This document shows, piece after piece, positions 19,818 through 29,733 of a stretch of DNA of 64,000 nucleotides. The translations under genes and the position numbers were made by a program. Source of the stretch: Candidatus Hinthialibacter antarcticus (GTDB lineage Bacteria > Hinthialibacterota > Hinthialibacteria > Hinthialibacterales > Hinthialibacteraceae); the NCBI GenBank assembly GCA_030765645.1, contig JAVCCE010000052.1, positions 13,662 to 77,661 on the forward strand, written 5' to 3'. The notes below the pieces were generated by a model. That model had not been told where the DNA came from. It searched no databases and saw only the letters and a list, made by a program, of their open reading frames with translations. Each line of letters starts with the position of its first letter. Position 1 is the stretch's first letter.

Positions 19818-21215
19818 ATGTCAAAAACCATCATTATTGGCGGGGGCGTCTCAGGCCTGACCGCAGCGCACCGATTACAACAACAAGGCCGCGACGTTTG
19901 CGTTCTTGAATCCAGCCCGCGCGTCGGCGGCGCGATCGAAACGAGTCCGCAAGACGGCTTTTTGTTTGAACGCGGCCCTAATTCATTCATGGACAACGAA
20001 CCCGCCATGATGGATCTGTGTCATGAATTGCGACTCGAAAACCGCTTGCTCAAGCAGTCCATGCGCGGCAACAAGCGTTACATTTTTCTCAACGGCGCAT
20101 TGCAAGAGGCGCCGATGGGGCCGGGCGGCTTATACAAGACGCCGTTGCTGTCCGGGGCGGCCAAGCGGGGTTTGCTGGCGGAACCGTTTCGCCGCTCCAA
20201 CCGCAACGTCGAAGACGAACCGCTGGCCGATTTTGTCCGGCGGCGCTTGGGCAAAGAGGTGCTCGACAACATGGTGACGCCCTTCGTTTCGGGCGTGTAT
20301 GCCGGCGACCCTGAGAAACTCAGCCTGCGTTCGAGTTTTTCGATCTTATATGATTTAGAACGCCAAAGCGGCAGCCTGGTTTTGGGCGGCCTTAGCAAAG
20401 CGTTTGCAAAAAAAGACCCCAATAAACCCAAGAAGCCGCGCTCGAAAAATTTGTGTTCATTTATCGACGGCATGGATGAATTGCCGCGCGCGTTGTCGGC
20501 GTCGTTGGGCGAAAGCCTGCGGGTCAACGCGCCCGTCAGTAAGGTTGAACAGAACGAAAACGGCGGCTGGCGCGTGTTTGTCGAAGGCGATGCGAATCCC
20601 ATCGAAGGCGGCGCTGTGATCGCGACCGCACCTGCTTACACGTTGGGCGAGTTGCTCAAAGAGCAACTGCCCAAGACGGCGGACTATTTCAAAACCATAA
20701 CCTATAACCGTATGGTGGTGATGGGGCTGGGCTTTCAGCGGGCCGACATCGAACACCCCTGCGACGGCTTCGGCTATCTTGTGCCGCGTCGGCAAGGGCC
20801 GCGCTTTTTGGGCAGCATTTGGAGCTCAACGCTGTTCCCGCTGCGGGCGCCGGGCGGTTGTATCGCCTTTACCTGTTTCATCGGCGGAGGCCTCGACCCT
20901 GAGGCCTATGACATGAGCGACGACGACCTGCGTTCTACCGTCATGCGCGATCTTCACCTATGCGTCGGCGTCAAAGGCGAACCGGTCGCCGAACAAATCG
21001 TGCGTTGGCATAAGGCCATCCCACAGTATCCCGTTGGACACCATGACCGCTTGGAAACCTTAGCGCAAGAATTGAAAAAGGCGCCCGGCTTATTTATCAC
21101 GGGCAACTTCACGCGCGGCGTTTCGGTCAATGACTGTATCCGCAACGCCCGTCAGACCGCCGATGCGGTCGCCGCGTTTTTGCCGTCGGCGCCTGCCCGG
21201 GAGGCTGTTACATGA
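19818..21215 (+). CDS. hemY: FAD-dependent protoporphyrinogen oxidase (HemY type)
   Basis: IIGGGVSGL FAD motif, FERGPNSF, GVYAGD, GFGYLVP, AIPQY. Confidence 0.93.
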   Translation: MSKTIIIGGGVSGLTAAHRLQQQGRDVCVLESSPRVGGAIETSPQDGFLFERGPNSFMDNEPAMMDLCHELRLENRLLKQSMRGNKRYIFLNGALQEAPMGPGGLYKTPLLSGAAKRGLLAEPFRRSNRNVEDEPLADFVRRRLGKEVLDNMVTPFVSGVYAGDPEKLSLRSSFSILYDLERQSGSLVLGGLSKAFAKKDPNKPKKPRSKNLCSFIDGMDELPRALSASLGESLRVNAPVSKVEQNENGGWRVFVEGDANPIEGGAVIATAPAYTLGELLKEQLPKTADYFKTITYNRMVVMGLGFQRADIEHPCDGFGYLVPRRQGPRFLGSIWSSTLFPLRAPGGCIAFTCFIGGGLDPEAYDMSDDDLRSTVMRDLHLCVGVKGEPVAEQIVRWHKAIPQYPVGHHDRLETLAQELKKAPGLFITGNFTRGVSVNDCIRNARQTADAVAAFLPSAPAREAVT

Positions 21216-22225
21216 AAATTGACGTATTAGTAATGACCTACGGCGAACCGCCGGAGCGAAAATTTTTCCAGCAATGGACCTATTCCAACAAAATTCTCTA
21301 TAAACTCACGCGCATGGTTGCGCCCATTCCCAAACTGATTGTCCCGATTATTGGCGCGATGCGTGGATGGGGGCGGATCAAAGATTGGCGCGCGTTAGAT
21401 TATACGTCGCCGCTCGAAGCGATTACTGAAAGACAAGCCGCTGGCGTTGCGCGCGAGTTGCAGGCGCAGTTTCCTGATATCGAATGGCGTGTGCATATTG
21501 GTTATGAATTTCGCGATCCGTCGCAAGCGGCCATGTTGGAGAATATCCGCCAGTCGGGCTGCGAAGAGTTGGTGATCGTTCCCATGTACGCCGCTGAGTC
21601 GGATTTCACTGACGGTATTACTAAGAGCGATTTTGAAGCCTATCAATCCAAAAACGGGCGCCCGCTGCCCGAAGCCAAATTCGTTACCTTTCATCCCCAT
21701 CACGCTGAATTGGCTGACGTGATGACGCAGTATATTCTCGCCGAAGCCGAAACCTTGGGCTATAGCGAAGAAGACCGCAAGAAAACCGGCTTGCTGCTGG
21801 GCTGCCATGGCACGGTCATCAACCCGCCGCCAGGCATTTTTGATACGGGCTATTGCGGCACGAGCATGGTGTATCAATTGCTCAAAGAACGCCTGGAACC
21901 TCACTTCGCCGCAGCGCCCATCGGTTGGTTTAACCATCGCCTCGGCGGAGACTGGACGCAGCCCACAGCGGATATTTCGCTTAAAGAAATGATGGACGCG
22001 GGCATCGAGCGCTTTCTTTATTTCCCCTTTGGCTTCGTCGCCGATAACGCCGAAACGCAACTCGAACCCAAAGCAGTTTTCGAAGGTGCGGGTAAAGAGT
22101 ACGATCACTTGTTGTGTGTGAACGACAACCCGGCGTTTCTACAAATGCTGGCGCGCGTCATTCACTATCGTCTCGATCACGAGCCGCCCCAACACGAGCC
22201 GTTGCCCGAACATCAAGCGGCGTGA
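21212..22225 (+). CDS. hemH: Ferrochelatase (divergent)
   Basis: SPL..IT..QA segment, PMY, CHG (metal-binding His), FVADNAETQLE (conserved Glu). Position inside the hem operon. Confidence 0.78.
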   Translation: MKIDVLVMTYGEPPERKFFQQWTYSNKILYKLTRMVAPIPKLIVPIIGAMRGWGRIKDWRALDYTSPLEAITERQAAGVARELQAQFPDIEWRVHIGYEFRDPSQAAMLENIRQSGCEELVIVPMYAAESDFTDGITKSDFEAYQSKNGRPLPEAKFVTFHPHHAELADVMTQYILAEAETLGYSEEDRKKTGLLLGCHGTVINPPPGIFDTGYCGTSMVYQLLKERLEPHFAAAPIGWFNHRLGGDWTQPTADISLKEMMDAGIERFLYFPFGFVADNAETQLEPKAVFEGAGKEYDHLLCVNDNPAFLQMLARVIHYRLDHEPPQHEPLPEHQAA

Positions 22226-22247
22226 TTCGATTGGAAACCAAAATACG

Positions 22248-23192
22248 ATGACGGAAGACCGGACTTTTATTTTAGGAACGCGCGGCAGCCCGCTTGCGCT
22301 TTGGCAGGCGGAGCGCGTCAAAACGTTGTTGGCGGAGGCCCAGCCTGGCTGCAACGTCAAAATTGAAATCATCCACACCATCGGCGACAAAATTCTCGAC
22401 AAGCCGTTGGTGCAAGTCGGCGGCAAAGGCATTTTTACCAAAGAAATTGAAAACGCTTTGCTCGACAAGAGCATCGACTTCGCCGTGCACAGTTTTAAAG
22501 ACCTGCCGACGATGTTGCCGGAGGGCCTCGGCGTGACCGCGATTCCCGAACGCGACTCGCCGTTCGACGCGCTCATTTCGCGGCGCTACTCGTCATTGTT
22601 AGAAATGCCCGAAGCGCCCGTCATCGCGACGGGGAGCCTGCGCCGGCGCGCCCAGGTTTTGGCGCTACGTCCGAATGCGCAAGTGATCGACCTGCGCGGC
22701 AACGTCAATACGCGCTTTCAAAAATATAACGACGCCGATTGGGACGGCATGATTATGGCCCACGCCGCCATTCGCCGCATGGAATGGGAAGACCGTATTG
22801 CAGGCGTGATCCAACCCGGCGAAATGTTGCCCGCGCCCGCCCAAGGCGCCATCGCGATTGAATCGCGCATCGACGACGAAGAAACCCGGACGCTGCTACA
22901 AAGCATCCATGACGCCGAAACCGCAATTAGCGTCATGGCGGAGCGCTCGTTTCTCGCGACTTTGGAGGGCGGGTGTCAGGCGCCGATGGCGGCCTATGCG
23001 ACGGTGAAAGACGGCCTTGTTACGTTGGAAGGGATGACATCGGCGCTCGACGGCAAGCCGATGTTGCGCGAGTCAAAACAGGCGCCATGCAAAGACGCCG
23101 AAGCGCTGGGCCGCGAGCTGGCGCAGTCGCTGCTCGACCAAGGCGCCGACGAAATTATCGAAACGCTCAAATCCCTCAATCAAAAATCCTGA
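22248..23192 (+). CDS. hemC: Hydroxymethylbilane synthase
   Basis: GTRGSPLALWQA, GKGIFTKEIE, VHSFKDLP, SLRRRAQ, RGNVNTR, LEGGC. Confidence 0.98.
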   Translation: MTEDRTFILGTRGSPLALWQAERVKTLLAEAQPGCNVKIEIIHTIGDKILDKPLVQVGGKGIFTKEIENALLDKSIDFAVHSFKDLPTMLPEGLGVTAIPERDSPFDALISRRYSSLLEMPEAPVIATGSLRRRAQVLALRPNAQVIDLRGNVNTRFQKYNDADWDGMIMAHAAIRRMEWEDRIAGVIQPGEMLPAPAQGAIAIESRIDDEETRTLLQSIHDAETAISVMAERSFLATLEGGCQAPMAAYATVKDGLVTLEGMTSALDGKPMLRESKQAPCKDAEALGRELAQSLLDQGADEIIETLKSLNQKS

Positions 23193-23228
23193 CAAGCATA
23201 ATAGCGACAATGTTTGCAGCGCTATGTC

Positions 23229-23831
23229 TTACGCGCAGCCTTCGAGAATGATGGTTCCGCCCTCGCCGATTGTCTCATATTCGCCGATGCGCTTCACCAG
23301 GCATTTTGCCAAAGCGGCGTCGTCTACTGCGACCCACTTGGCTTCAGTCACTTCACTGAAATTCGGCGTGACCGAAGGCGGGAACGAAGTCGGCAGCCCC
23401 AACTGAAAATAATGCACCATCAACATACGGTCGGCGCTATCGTCAATCGCGTATCCATAGGCGAATAGCGCCGTCTTGCTGACTTGGACGGGCAGCGTCG
23501 CCTGTGAGTGCGCATAGCGGGTGACTGCGGTGACCAGGTCGGCGTTGGCGGCCGTTTTGAGGCCGTGGCGGTTGGGGTCGACAATGCCGCCGGGAAACGA
23601 CCAGCCCAACGGCGAGCGATGGCGCACCAAAACAAACCCGCCGCCAAGATGCACAACCGCGAAGACCATCTCGTCTCCCGTCCATTCCATGCGGCGCGCT
23701 GCGTGGGCTTTCGCATCGACCTTGATGTCGCCCATTTCTTCAAAAAATTTAGATGTGGTGCAGCCTGCTAGCGCAATCGGGGCCGTCAGTAAAAAACGCC
23801 GACGGTTGAGCGTGATGGTTTGCGGGTCCAT
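23229..23831 (-). CDS. Putative Tat lipoprotein with a degenerate Nudix-like fold
   Basis: RRRFLL..IALAGC signal, WSFPGGIVD Nudix-like start, E..EAKWV end. Nudix-box glutamates are absent. Confidence 0.5.
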   Translation of the reverse strand: MDPQTITLNRRRFLLTAPIALAGCTTSKFFEEMGDIKVDAKAHAARRMEWTGDEMVFAVVHLGGGFVLVRHRSPLGWSFPGGIVDPNRHGLKTAANADLVTAVTRYAHSQATLPVQVSKTALFAYGYAIDDSADRMLMVHYFQLGLPTSFPPSVTPNFSEVTEAKWVAVDDAALAKCLVKRIGEYETIGEGGTIILEGCA

Positions 23832-23939
23832 TTCAATTATCCTCACAAGAAGTATGCAGTACAGACAATAATAAGCCAAAAGCGGCCCGGCGTCGACTTG
23901 CGCCTTGCCCAAGCGGCGCGCTTCCGTTTCAATGGCGCC

Positions 23940-26564
23940 ATGAGCGAACGCGCAAACCATTCCCGTGAGAATTGGCAATTCAGCCCCCGTCTGGCGCAAA
24001 AAATCCTCCTGGGTTTTGGGGGCGGCTTTGCGTTGCTATTGGCCGGGTTGATGATCGCCTCGTCGCATTTGCGCTATGCCTATGGAGACGCCGAGTATTT
24101 GACGGCGTTGTTTGCGCGCGGGTTCTTTCATCCAGGCGACGACCTCAACCCGTTAGTCCCGTATTCGCAAATTCATTTTCCCGCAGCGATTGTGATTTGG
24201 CTGTCGCTGCGTCTTGGCCCGTTGGGCGGATTATTGTTGTGGGCGGCGCAATCGCTGGTCGCATTCATGCTCATTCAGCGTATCTATCAGCTGGCGCAAC
24301 GCCTGACGTCGCAAGCGCAAGCGTCGGCGGTTCTTGGCGTCGCGCTGGTTCACCCGGGCGTTTGGGCGGCGATGCTCTATGCGCCCACTCAAGCCGCGAC
24401 TGCGTGGCTGGCGCTTGAAGCCATGCGGCGCGTCATGGACGCTCCGGTAAAGCGCAATCAAGCAGCCGCCATGTTTGCGCTGTTGGTGTTGTCGTTCTGC
24501 GGCGGCAATGGTTTCTTCTGGGCGCTAGCGATTAGCGCGTTTGGCGGCTTCATCTGTTTTCATGCGAAGCGGTATGCGTCGGGTGGGATGTTGTTGGCGG
24601 CATTGGCGCCTGCGTTGTCGATGTACTGCGTATTAAGCGCCGCTTGGGGAACCGTTGGCGGGCCGGGTTTGTTAAACCTCCCCCGATTGTGGAACACCGT
24701 CGGCTGGACGCCGTTGATGAACGGCCTCTGGACGCAAAACGCGCAAGCGGCGTTGGTATGGTTGGGGCAGGGCGCCTTGCTGCTGCCGCCCGCGATGATT
24801 GCATTTGGCGTGTTGGCGCTGCTGGGCGTCTCGACGGCTCGCGGCGCAGCGGTTTTCTTTTGCCGGTTTGTATTGATTGCGTGTATTGCGCACCTCTGCG
24901 TGGGTGCGTTTTCTCCATTGGGCGACTATCAAACCTTCGCGCTGGTTTCTCAGCTTTCTTTGTTGCTTCTTGCGGTGATGGGGCTTGGCTGGCTGGCGCA
25001 GCAATTTCACGCCGATTGGCTCTTGCCCGCAGGCGTAGCCGTCTTTGCATTGACGCTGCTGGTTTCGGTATTTTTTGAATTGCAACCGAAATGGGACCGG
25101 GCGCGCTTTCGTCAATCTCTCATTGAGGCGACGCGATCTGTGCTTGATGAACGCGGGGGCGGCGGCATGATGCAATTTTCGCCCGCGTTATTTGCTCACT
25201 TACCGGCGGATGTCGAAGTCGCTCCGATGGGAATGCACTGGCGTGTACGCTATCAAGAAAATTCAGTCCGCATGGCGCCGCCGACGATTGAAGCGGCGCT
25301 TCGCGTTCCCTGCCAATGGTTGGGGTTTTATCAACCGTTCGATGCTTCACAAACAGGGATGCTGGATTCCGCCCAAGGCCCGCTTCTCGACTCAGTCCGA
25401 GAAAACTATACGACGGAACGCAGCGGCGCCCTCGAACTTTGGCTGCGCTCACCAACCCGCTCGATTGCGTCAAGCCTTGATGCAGCCGGACAACAAACAA
25501 CAGATGAAAAAGAATATTTCTCAAATGGGGGCGAAACTGCGCTGCAATCATTGGGCGAGCCGGTCGGGTTCGTCTGGGATTTTGAACACGGGTTTTCACG
25601 CACCCGGCAGGTCGGCGCTGCTTTTGGTTTGGAGCCGGACGTGAGCCAGAGCGCCGTCGGGTTCGCGAGCGCGGGGCCGGGCGGGGGCGGCGCCGGGCGA
25701 ATGATGGGGTCGATTGCGTCTGAACCGTTTGTCATCGAAGGCGATGAACTGCGCTTCTTTGCTGACATCCCCAAGAGTTCCACCCAGACATTTTTTGCGT
25801 TGGCTGTCTACGATGAAGAACCCTGGGGCAACGCTGCGAAAATACAAACGGCCAAACATCTTTATGACCGCGCGCCCGGTGAAGTGTTGATGGGCGGCGC
25901 GTTTGTTTATATTCAGCCTGCGCAGTTGTCCTATGATGACGACAGCGTTTCAGGATGGCGGGTGGTTCGAACTTTGCAGAACTTCTCCAAACCGGGGTGG
26001 AACGAGTTTCGCTGGTCGATTGGAGCCTGGGCCGGGCGGCAGGCGATATGGTTGGCGGCTGACCGCGACCCGAACGCTGAGTTTCGGATAGACCATATCC
26101 AACAATGGAAGCGCGCGCCGGGCCGCTATTGGAACTTTGAAACCGGGGATTACGCGGGGTGGCAAGTTGAAGGCGAAGCCTTTGGCGACGCGCCTGCGAT
26201 TGCTTCGCTCGGCGCACAAACGACTGTCTCCGGCTTTGAGGGAAACTACTTCGTTAATTCGTTCCATCAGGGGTCTGACGCGGCGCAGGGGCGTTTGATT
26301 TCGGAACCATTTTTGATCGAACACAACAAGTTATCTTTTTCTGTCGGCGGCGGTGATGATTTGCAGCGTACGTTTATTGGGTTGGACATCGGCGGCGAAT
26401 TTGCGCTTCGCGCCAGCGGCGAACGCGACGAAACCCTGCGCCCGTTGGTATGGGACCTGACGCCGTGGCTGGGGCAATCGGCCCGGATCATCATCGAAGA
26501 CAAATCCAGCGGTGCATGGGGACACGTTTTGGTCGATGATATCCAGATGACGAATACGCAATAA
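23940..26564 (+). CDS. Polytopic membrane protein (GT-C-like) with two C-terminal CBM38-like beta-sandwich repeats
   Basis: Many TM helices, with 'GDAEY' in the first loop. Repeats WDFEHG..SEPFVI..WSIGAWAG and WNFETGDYAGW..SEPFLI..WDLTPWLGQSARIIIED..WGHVLVDDI. Confidence 0.55.
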   Translation: MSERANHSRENWQFSPRLAQKILLGFGGGFALLLAGLMIASSHLRYAYGDAEYLTALFARGFFHPGDDLNPLVPYSQIHFPAAIVIWLSLRLGPLGGLLLWAAQSLVAFMLIQRIYQLAQRLTSQAQASAVLGVALVHPGVWAAMLYAPTQAATAWLALEAMRRVMDAPVKRNQAAAMFALLVLSFCGGNGFFWALAISAFGGFICFHAKRYASGGMLLAALAPALSMYCVLSAAWGTVGGPGLLNLPRLWNTVGWTPLMNGLWTQNAQAALVWLGQGALLLPPAMIAFGVLALLGVSTARGAAVFFCRFVLIACIAHLCVGAFSPLGDYQTFALVSQLSLLLLAVMGLGWLAQQFHADWLLPAGVAVFALTLLVSVFFELQPKWDRARFRQSLIEATRSVLDERGGGGMMQFSPALFAHLPADVEVAPMGMHWRVRYQENSVRMAPPTIEAALRVPCQWLGFYQPFDASQTGMLDSAQGPLLDSVRENYTTERSGALELWLRSPTRSIASSLDAAGQQTTDEKEYFSNGGETALQSLGEPVGFVWDFEHGFSRTRQVGAAFGLEPDVSQSAVGFASAGPGGGGAGRMMGSIASEPFVIEGDELRFFADIPKSSTQTFFALAVYDEEPWGNAAKIQTAKHLYDRAPGEVLMGGAFVYIQPAQLSYDDDSVSGWRVVRTLQNFSKPGWNEFRWSIGAWAGRQAIWLAADRDPNAEFRIDHIQQWKRAPGRYWNFETGDYAGWQVEGEAFGDAPAIASLGAQTTVSGFEGNYFVNSFHQGSDAAQGRLISEPFLIEHNKLSFSVGGGDDLQRTFIGLDIGGEFALRASGERDETLRPLVWDLTPWLGQSARIIIEDKSSGAWGHVLVDDIQMTNTQ

Positions 26565-26636
26565 AAAACGACAGCAAAGAGATTTTCAGATCATGCGTTG
26601 AGAGAGGTTCAAAAATCAATCGAGAGCGGCTTGCTC

Positions 26637-26900
26637 TCAAACAAAGATATCGAGTTGAGCGCCGAGGCCAGCGGGGCGGATGCGTTCGCGTAATGACGCG
26701 CGCTGTTGTGGTTCTTCCAGTTTTGGGGCGTCGCTTTCCACTTTTTTTGCGGTGGCTTCGCGCATCTCTTGGAAATTCTCGTCGACAAAATCGGCGGTGC
26801 GTTGAAAATGTTCGGCCAGGTTTTGTTGCAGCTGCGACGCCGGGACGGGCCGGAACAATGATGTGCTTTGCAAATTTGGGTTGATCGCATTGAGTGCCAT
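26637..26900 (-). CDS. Small hypothetical protein ending in GLGAQLDIFV
   Basis: 87-aa ORF with a consensus sigma54 promoter directly upstream. The LGxxLDxxx terminus recalls YjfB-like small proteins. Confidence 0.55.
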   Translation of the reverse strand: MALNAINPNLQSTSLFRPVPASQLQQNLAEHFQRTADFVDENFQEMREATAKKVESDAPKLEEPQQRASLRERIRPAGLGAQLDIFV

Positions 26901-26935
26901 AGTCGTGTCCAATCAATGAATTGCTCTATCAAAAG

Positions 26936-26952
26936 GGCAATTGATATGCCAA
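26936..26952 (-). promoter_or_regulatory. sigma54 (-24/-12) promoter
   Basis: Minus strand reads TTGGCATATCAATTGCC, i.e. GG-N10-GC with TGGCA and TTGC. Confidence 0.75.
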
Positions 26953-27209
26953 ACTCCATCAATTCGCATCATTGATCTTCAACACGTTGTAATAATTGGA
27001 TTTACCTTGGCGCGAGACCGCAGCGGCGTGATTGATTTCGAGGCCGCTTCAGGCACTTTTTGCCGGAACGTCTTCGTTGTCAGTAAGCCATTTTTGCCCT
27101 TGGGTTTGGAACCCGCCTCCGGTATTGTTATAAACTCTGCTTCGATCATCGAAGTAGGGGTAAATGATGAATTGTTTTTTTGCCAAATGAAAAAAGGGGA
27201 GATGATCAA

Positions 27210-28787
27210 ATGGAAGAAGCCGCTGGAATTCGGACAGGCGACTTAATTACATTACTGGCGTATTTTGCCGTCACCATCGGCATTGGCGTTTGGTGTGCGC
27301 GCCGCATGAACTCGACCGAAGGCTACTTCGTCGGTGGACGCGCCATGCCCGGCTGGGCGGTGGGCATCTCCATCATCGGCACCGCCATTAGTTCGGTCAC
27401 GTTTCTGGCGTATCCCGGTTCGGCCTTCGTGGGCGACTGGAGCCGCCTGGTTCCCAATTTTACCATCCCCATCGGCGCGATATTTGCGGTGTTGGTGTTT
27501 GTTCCGTTCTATCGCCGCGCCCGCATCGTCAGCGTCAATGAATATCTCGAACTGCGTTTCGCGCCCTGGGCGCGCGCCTATAGCTGCGTCATGTGGACCA
27601 TCATCCAGTTTTTCCGTATGGGCGTGATTTTGTTTTTGATCGCGCTGGCGGTGAACGCCATGACCGGCTACAGCATTTCGTTTCTGATTGTCGTCTTAGG
27701 AATTTTAATCATCATTTATACCGTCATGGGCGGGATCGAGGCCGTCATCTGGACGGACGTGATCCAAACCATCGTGTTGATGCTGGGCGGGTTGGTTTGT
27801 ATTGCCGTCGTGTTCCTGGAAGTGCCGGGCGGCGCATCGGGCGTGTTCAACCAGGCATGGGACGCCTCAAAATTTCACCTGTCCGCCGACCTCGATTGGA
27901 ACTTCACCCAAATGACCATCTGGGTCGCGATTCTGTTTGGGCTCAATCAAAACATACAGGAATTCGCCTCTGACCAGACCAAGGTGCAACGCTATTGCGC
28001 GGCAAAGAGCGACAGCCAGGCTGCGCAGGCGACCCTGTTCGGCGGCTTCGGCTGCATCCCGGTGTGGATGATCTTCATGTTCGTCGGTACCTGTCTGTGG
28101 GCGTTTTATACGGTTGCGTTCCCGGCGGTATTGCCGGCGGGCATTCTCGAAGACCAGGTGTTCCCCTATTTCATTCTCACTGAATTGCCGATTGGCCTGG
28201 CGGGCTTCGTCATGGCGGCGGTGATGGCGGCGGCGATGTCGTCGATTGACTCGAGCCTGAATGGTACCGCAGCGGTCATCACCAGCGATTTGTACAAGCG
28301 CTTTTTTGTTCCAGGAAAAGACGATTCGCATTATCTCAACGTCGGGCGGACGCTCACCATTATTTGCGGCGGATTGATGATTTTCAGTTCATGGGGGCTA
28401 TATAACATCATCACCGCAGGCATGATCGAGCAGAAGACCTTTCTCGATTCGATCTTCTTCTTCTACGCGTTGCTCGCGGGCGGAGTTGGCGGATTGTTCA
28501 TACTCGGCTTCTTCACCACCCGCGCCAATAGCCAGGGCGTGTTGGTTGGAATCATCTTTGCAATCATTGTGACTTTGTGGATGAGTGCCAGTTCGTTGGG
28601 GATTTTAACAGGCGAATCGGCGTCGACGTTTCATAAGCTGATGATCGGCGTGGTCAGCAACATCGTCGCGTTTGTGTTGGGATACGCGTGTAGTTATCTG
28701 TTTGCGAGACCGACTCAAGATAAACTCGATAACCTGACCGTATGGACGTGGAATAAAGAGGCTACTGATACATCATCCAATCCGTAG
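27210..28787 (+). CDS. Sodium:solute symporter (SSS family)
   Basis: YFVGGRAMPGWAVGISI..S, MGGIEAVIWTDVIQ, AAAMSSIDSSLN. Confidence 0.92.
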   Translation: MEEAAGIRTGDLITLLAYFAVTIGIGVWCARRMNSTEGYFVGGRAMPGWAVGISIIGTAISSVTFLAYPGSAFVGDWSRLVPNFTIPIGAIFAVLVFVPFYRRARIVSVNEYLELRFAPWARAYSCVMWTIIQFFRMGVILFLIALAVNAMTGYSISFLIVVLGILIIIYTVMGGIEAVIWTDVIQTIVLMLGGLVCIAVVFLEVPGGASGVFNQAWDASKFHLSADLDWNFTQMTIWVAILFGLNQNIQEFASDQTKVQRYCAAKSDSQAAQATLFGGFGCIPVWMIFMFVGTCLWAFYTVAFPAVLPAGILEDQVFPYFILTELPIGLAGFVMAAVMAAAMSSIDSSLNGTAAVITSDLYKRFFVPGKDDSHYLNVGRTLTIICGGLMIFSSWGLYNIITAGMIEQKTFLDSIFFFYALLAGGVGGLFILGFFTTRANSQGVLVGIIFAIIVTLWMSASSLGILTGESASTFHKLMIGVVSNIVAFVLGYACSYLFARPTQDKLDNLTVWTWNKEATDTSSNP

Positions 28788-29634
28788 CCGATGAAGCGGG
28801 TGCGCGTTGGTGTGAGAGCATCCACTGAAAGAGTTCTTCGTTGTAGGCGAACGGCCCGACGTCGTGCAGCAGCCCGTTGATGACGGTCAGGCGCGTATCG
28901 CCGCCCGCTGCCTGGATATCAGCGACGAAGTCCTGCACCAGTTCGAGTGGAATCAACGGGTCGCGGTCGGCGACGAAAGCCCAAACGGGCGTTTGAGCAA
29001 GCGCGACCGCATCGCCGACGAAGGTCTCTTCAGGATGCGCATCGCGAAAATCGAAGCCTCGTTTTGCGCCTTCCGGCCCGAAGATAATTTGAAAGATCAA
29101 CTCGCGTTCCTGATAGGCGAGTTCGAGGTTGCCGTTGGCCGCTTGCGGCGCAATCGCGGCGAAGCGCTGTGGATAGGCCGACGCCATCGCCCACGAACCA
29201 AAGCCGCCCATGCTGAACCCCGTCAGGTAAATCCGCGTCAGGTCAATTGGATAGTGCTGACGAATTTCGACTAACAGCTCATCCAGTTTGGTGGAGCGCC
29301 ACAGCGGGTCAGTTCGCAATGGCGTGACGATGATGAACTCGTTCAAACTCGGATATTGCGCATCGACAACGGCGGGCAATTGCAATAAGCCGGGAATGTT
29401 TTCGTTCAGCGTTGCCCCCATGTCGCTATCCAGCCCTTCGCCGCCGTGCAGGTAAATCATCAGCGGCCAGATCATATCGACGTCAGGATTATAATTCGGC
29501 GGCAGCCAGATCAGGTAATTGAAATAGCCCGGCGAATCAACGAACGCCTGCCGCCCGGCAGACGGTTCCTGCGCATGTGCGATGTGAAATAAAAACGCCA
29601 GACCAAAACAAATACCGAAGATATATTTTTTCAT
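28762..29634 (-). CDS. Secreted alpha/beta hydrolase (esterase/peptidase-like)
   Basis: Signal peptide, PLMIYLHGG, nucleophile GFSMG, D..DP..P and distal His. Confidence 0.8.
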   Translation of the reverse strand: MKKYIFGICFGLAFLFHIAHAQEPSAGRQAFVDSPGYFNYLIWLPPNYNPDVDMIWPLMIYLHGGEGLDSDMGATLNENIPGLLQLPAVVDAQYPSLNEFIIVTPLRTDPLWRSTKLDELLVEIRQHYPIDLTRIYLTGFSMGGFGSWAMASAYPQRFAAIAPQAANGNLELAYQERELIFQIIFGPEGAKRGFDFRDAHPEETFVGDAVALAQTPVWAFVADRDPLIPLELVQDFVADIQAAGGDTRLTVINGLLHDVGPFAYNEELFQWMLSHQRAPASSATDWMMYQ

Positions 29635-29733
29635 TTTCAATTCAATCATAAAATTCTCTGGGTGCATTCACGCTTATGTGTTCTGTTTTATTCTAGTGTT
29701 CCATGATTTTTTTCTTCAAGGTGGTCAGCGATT

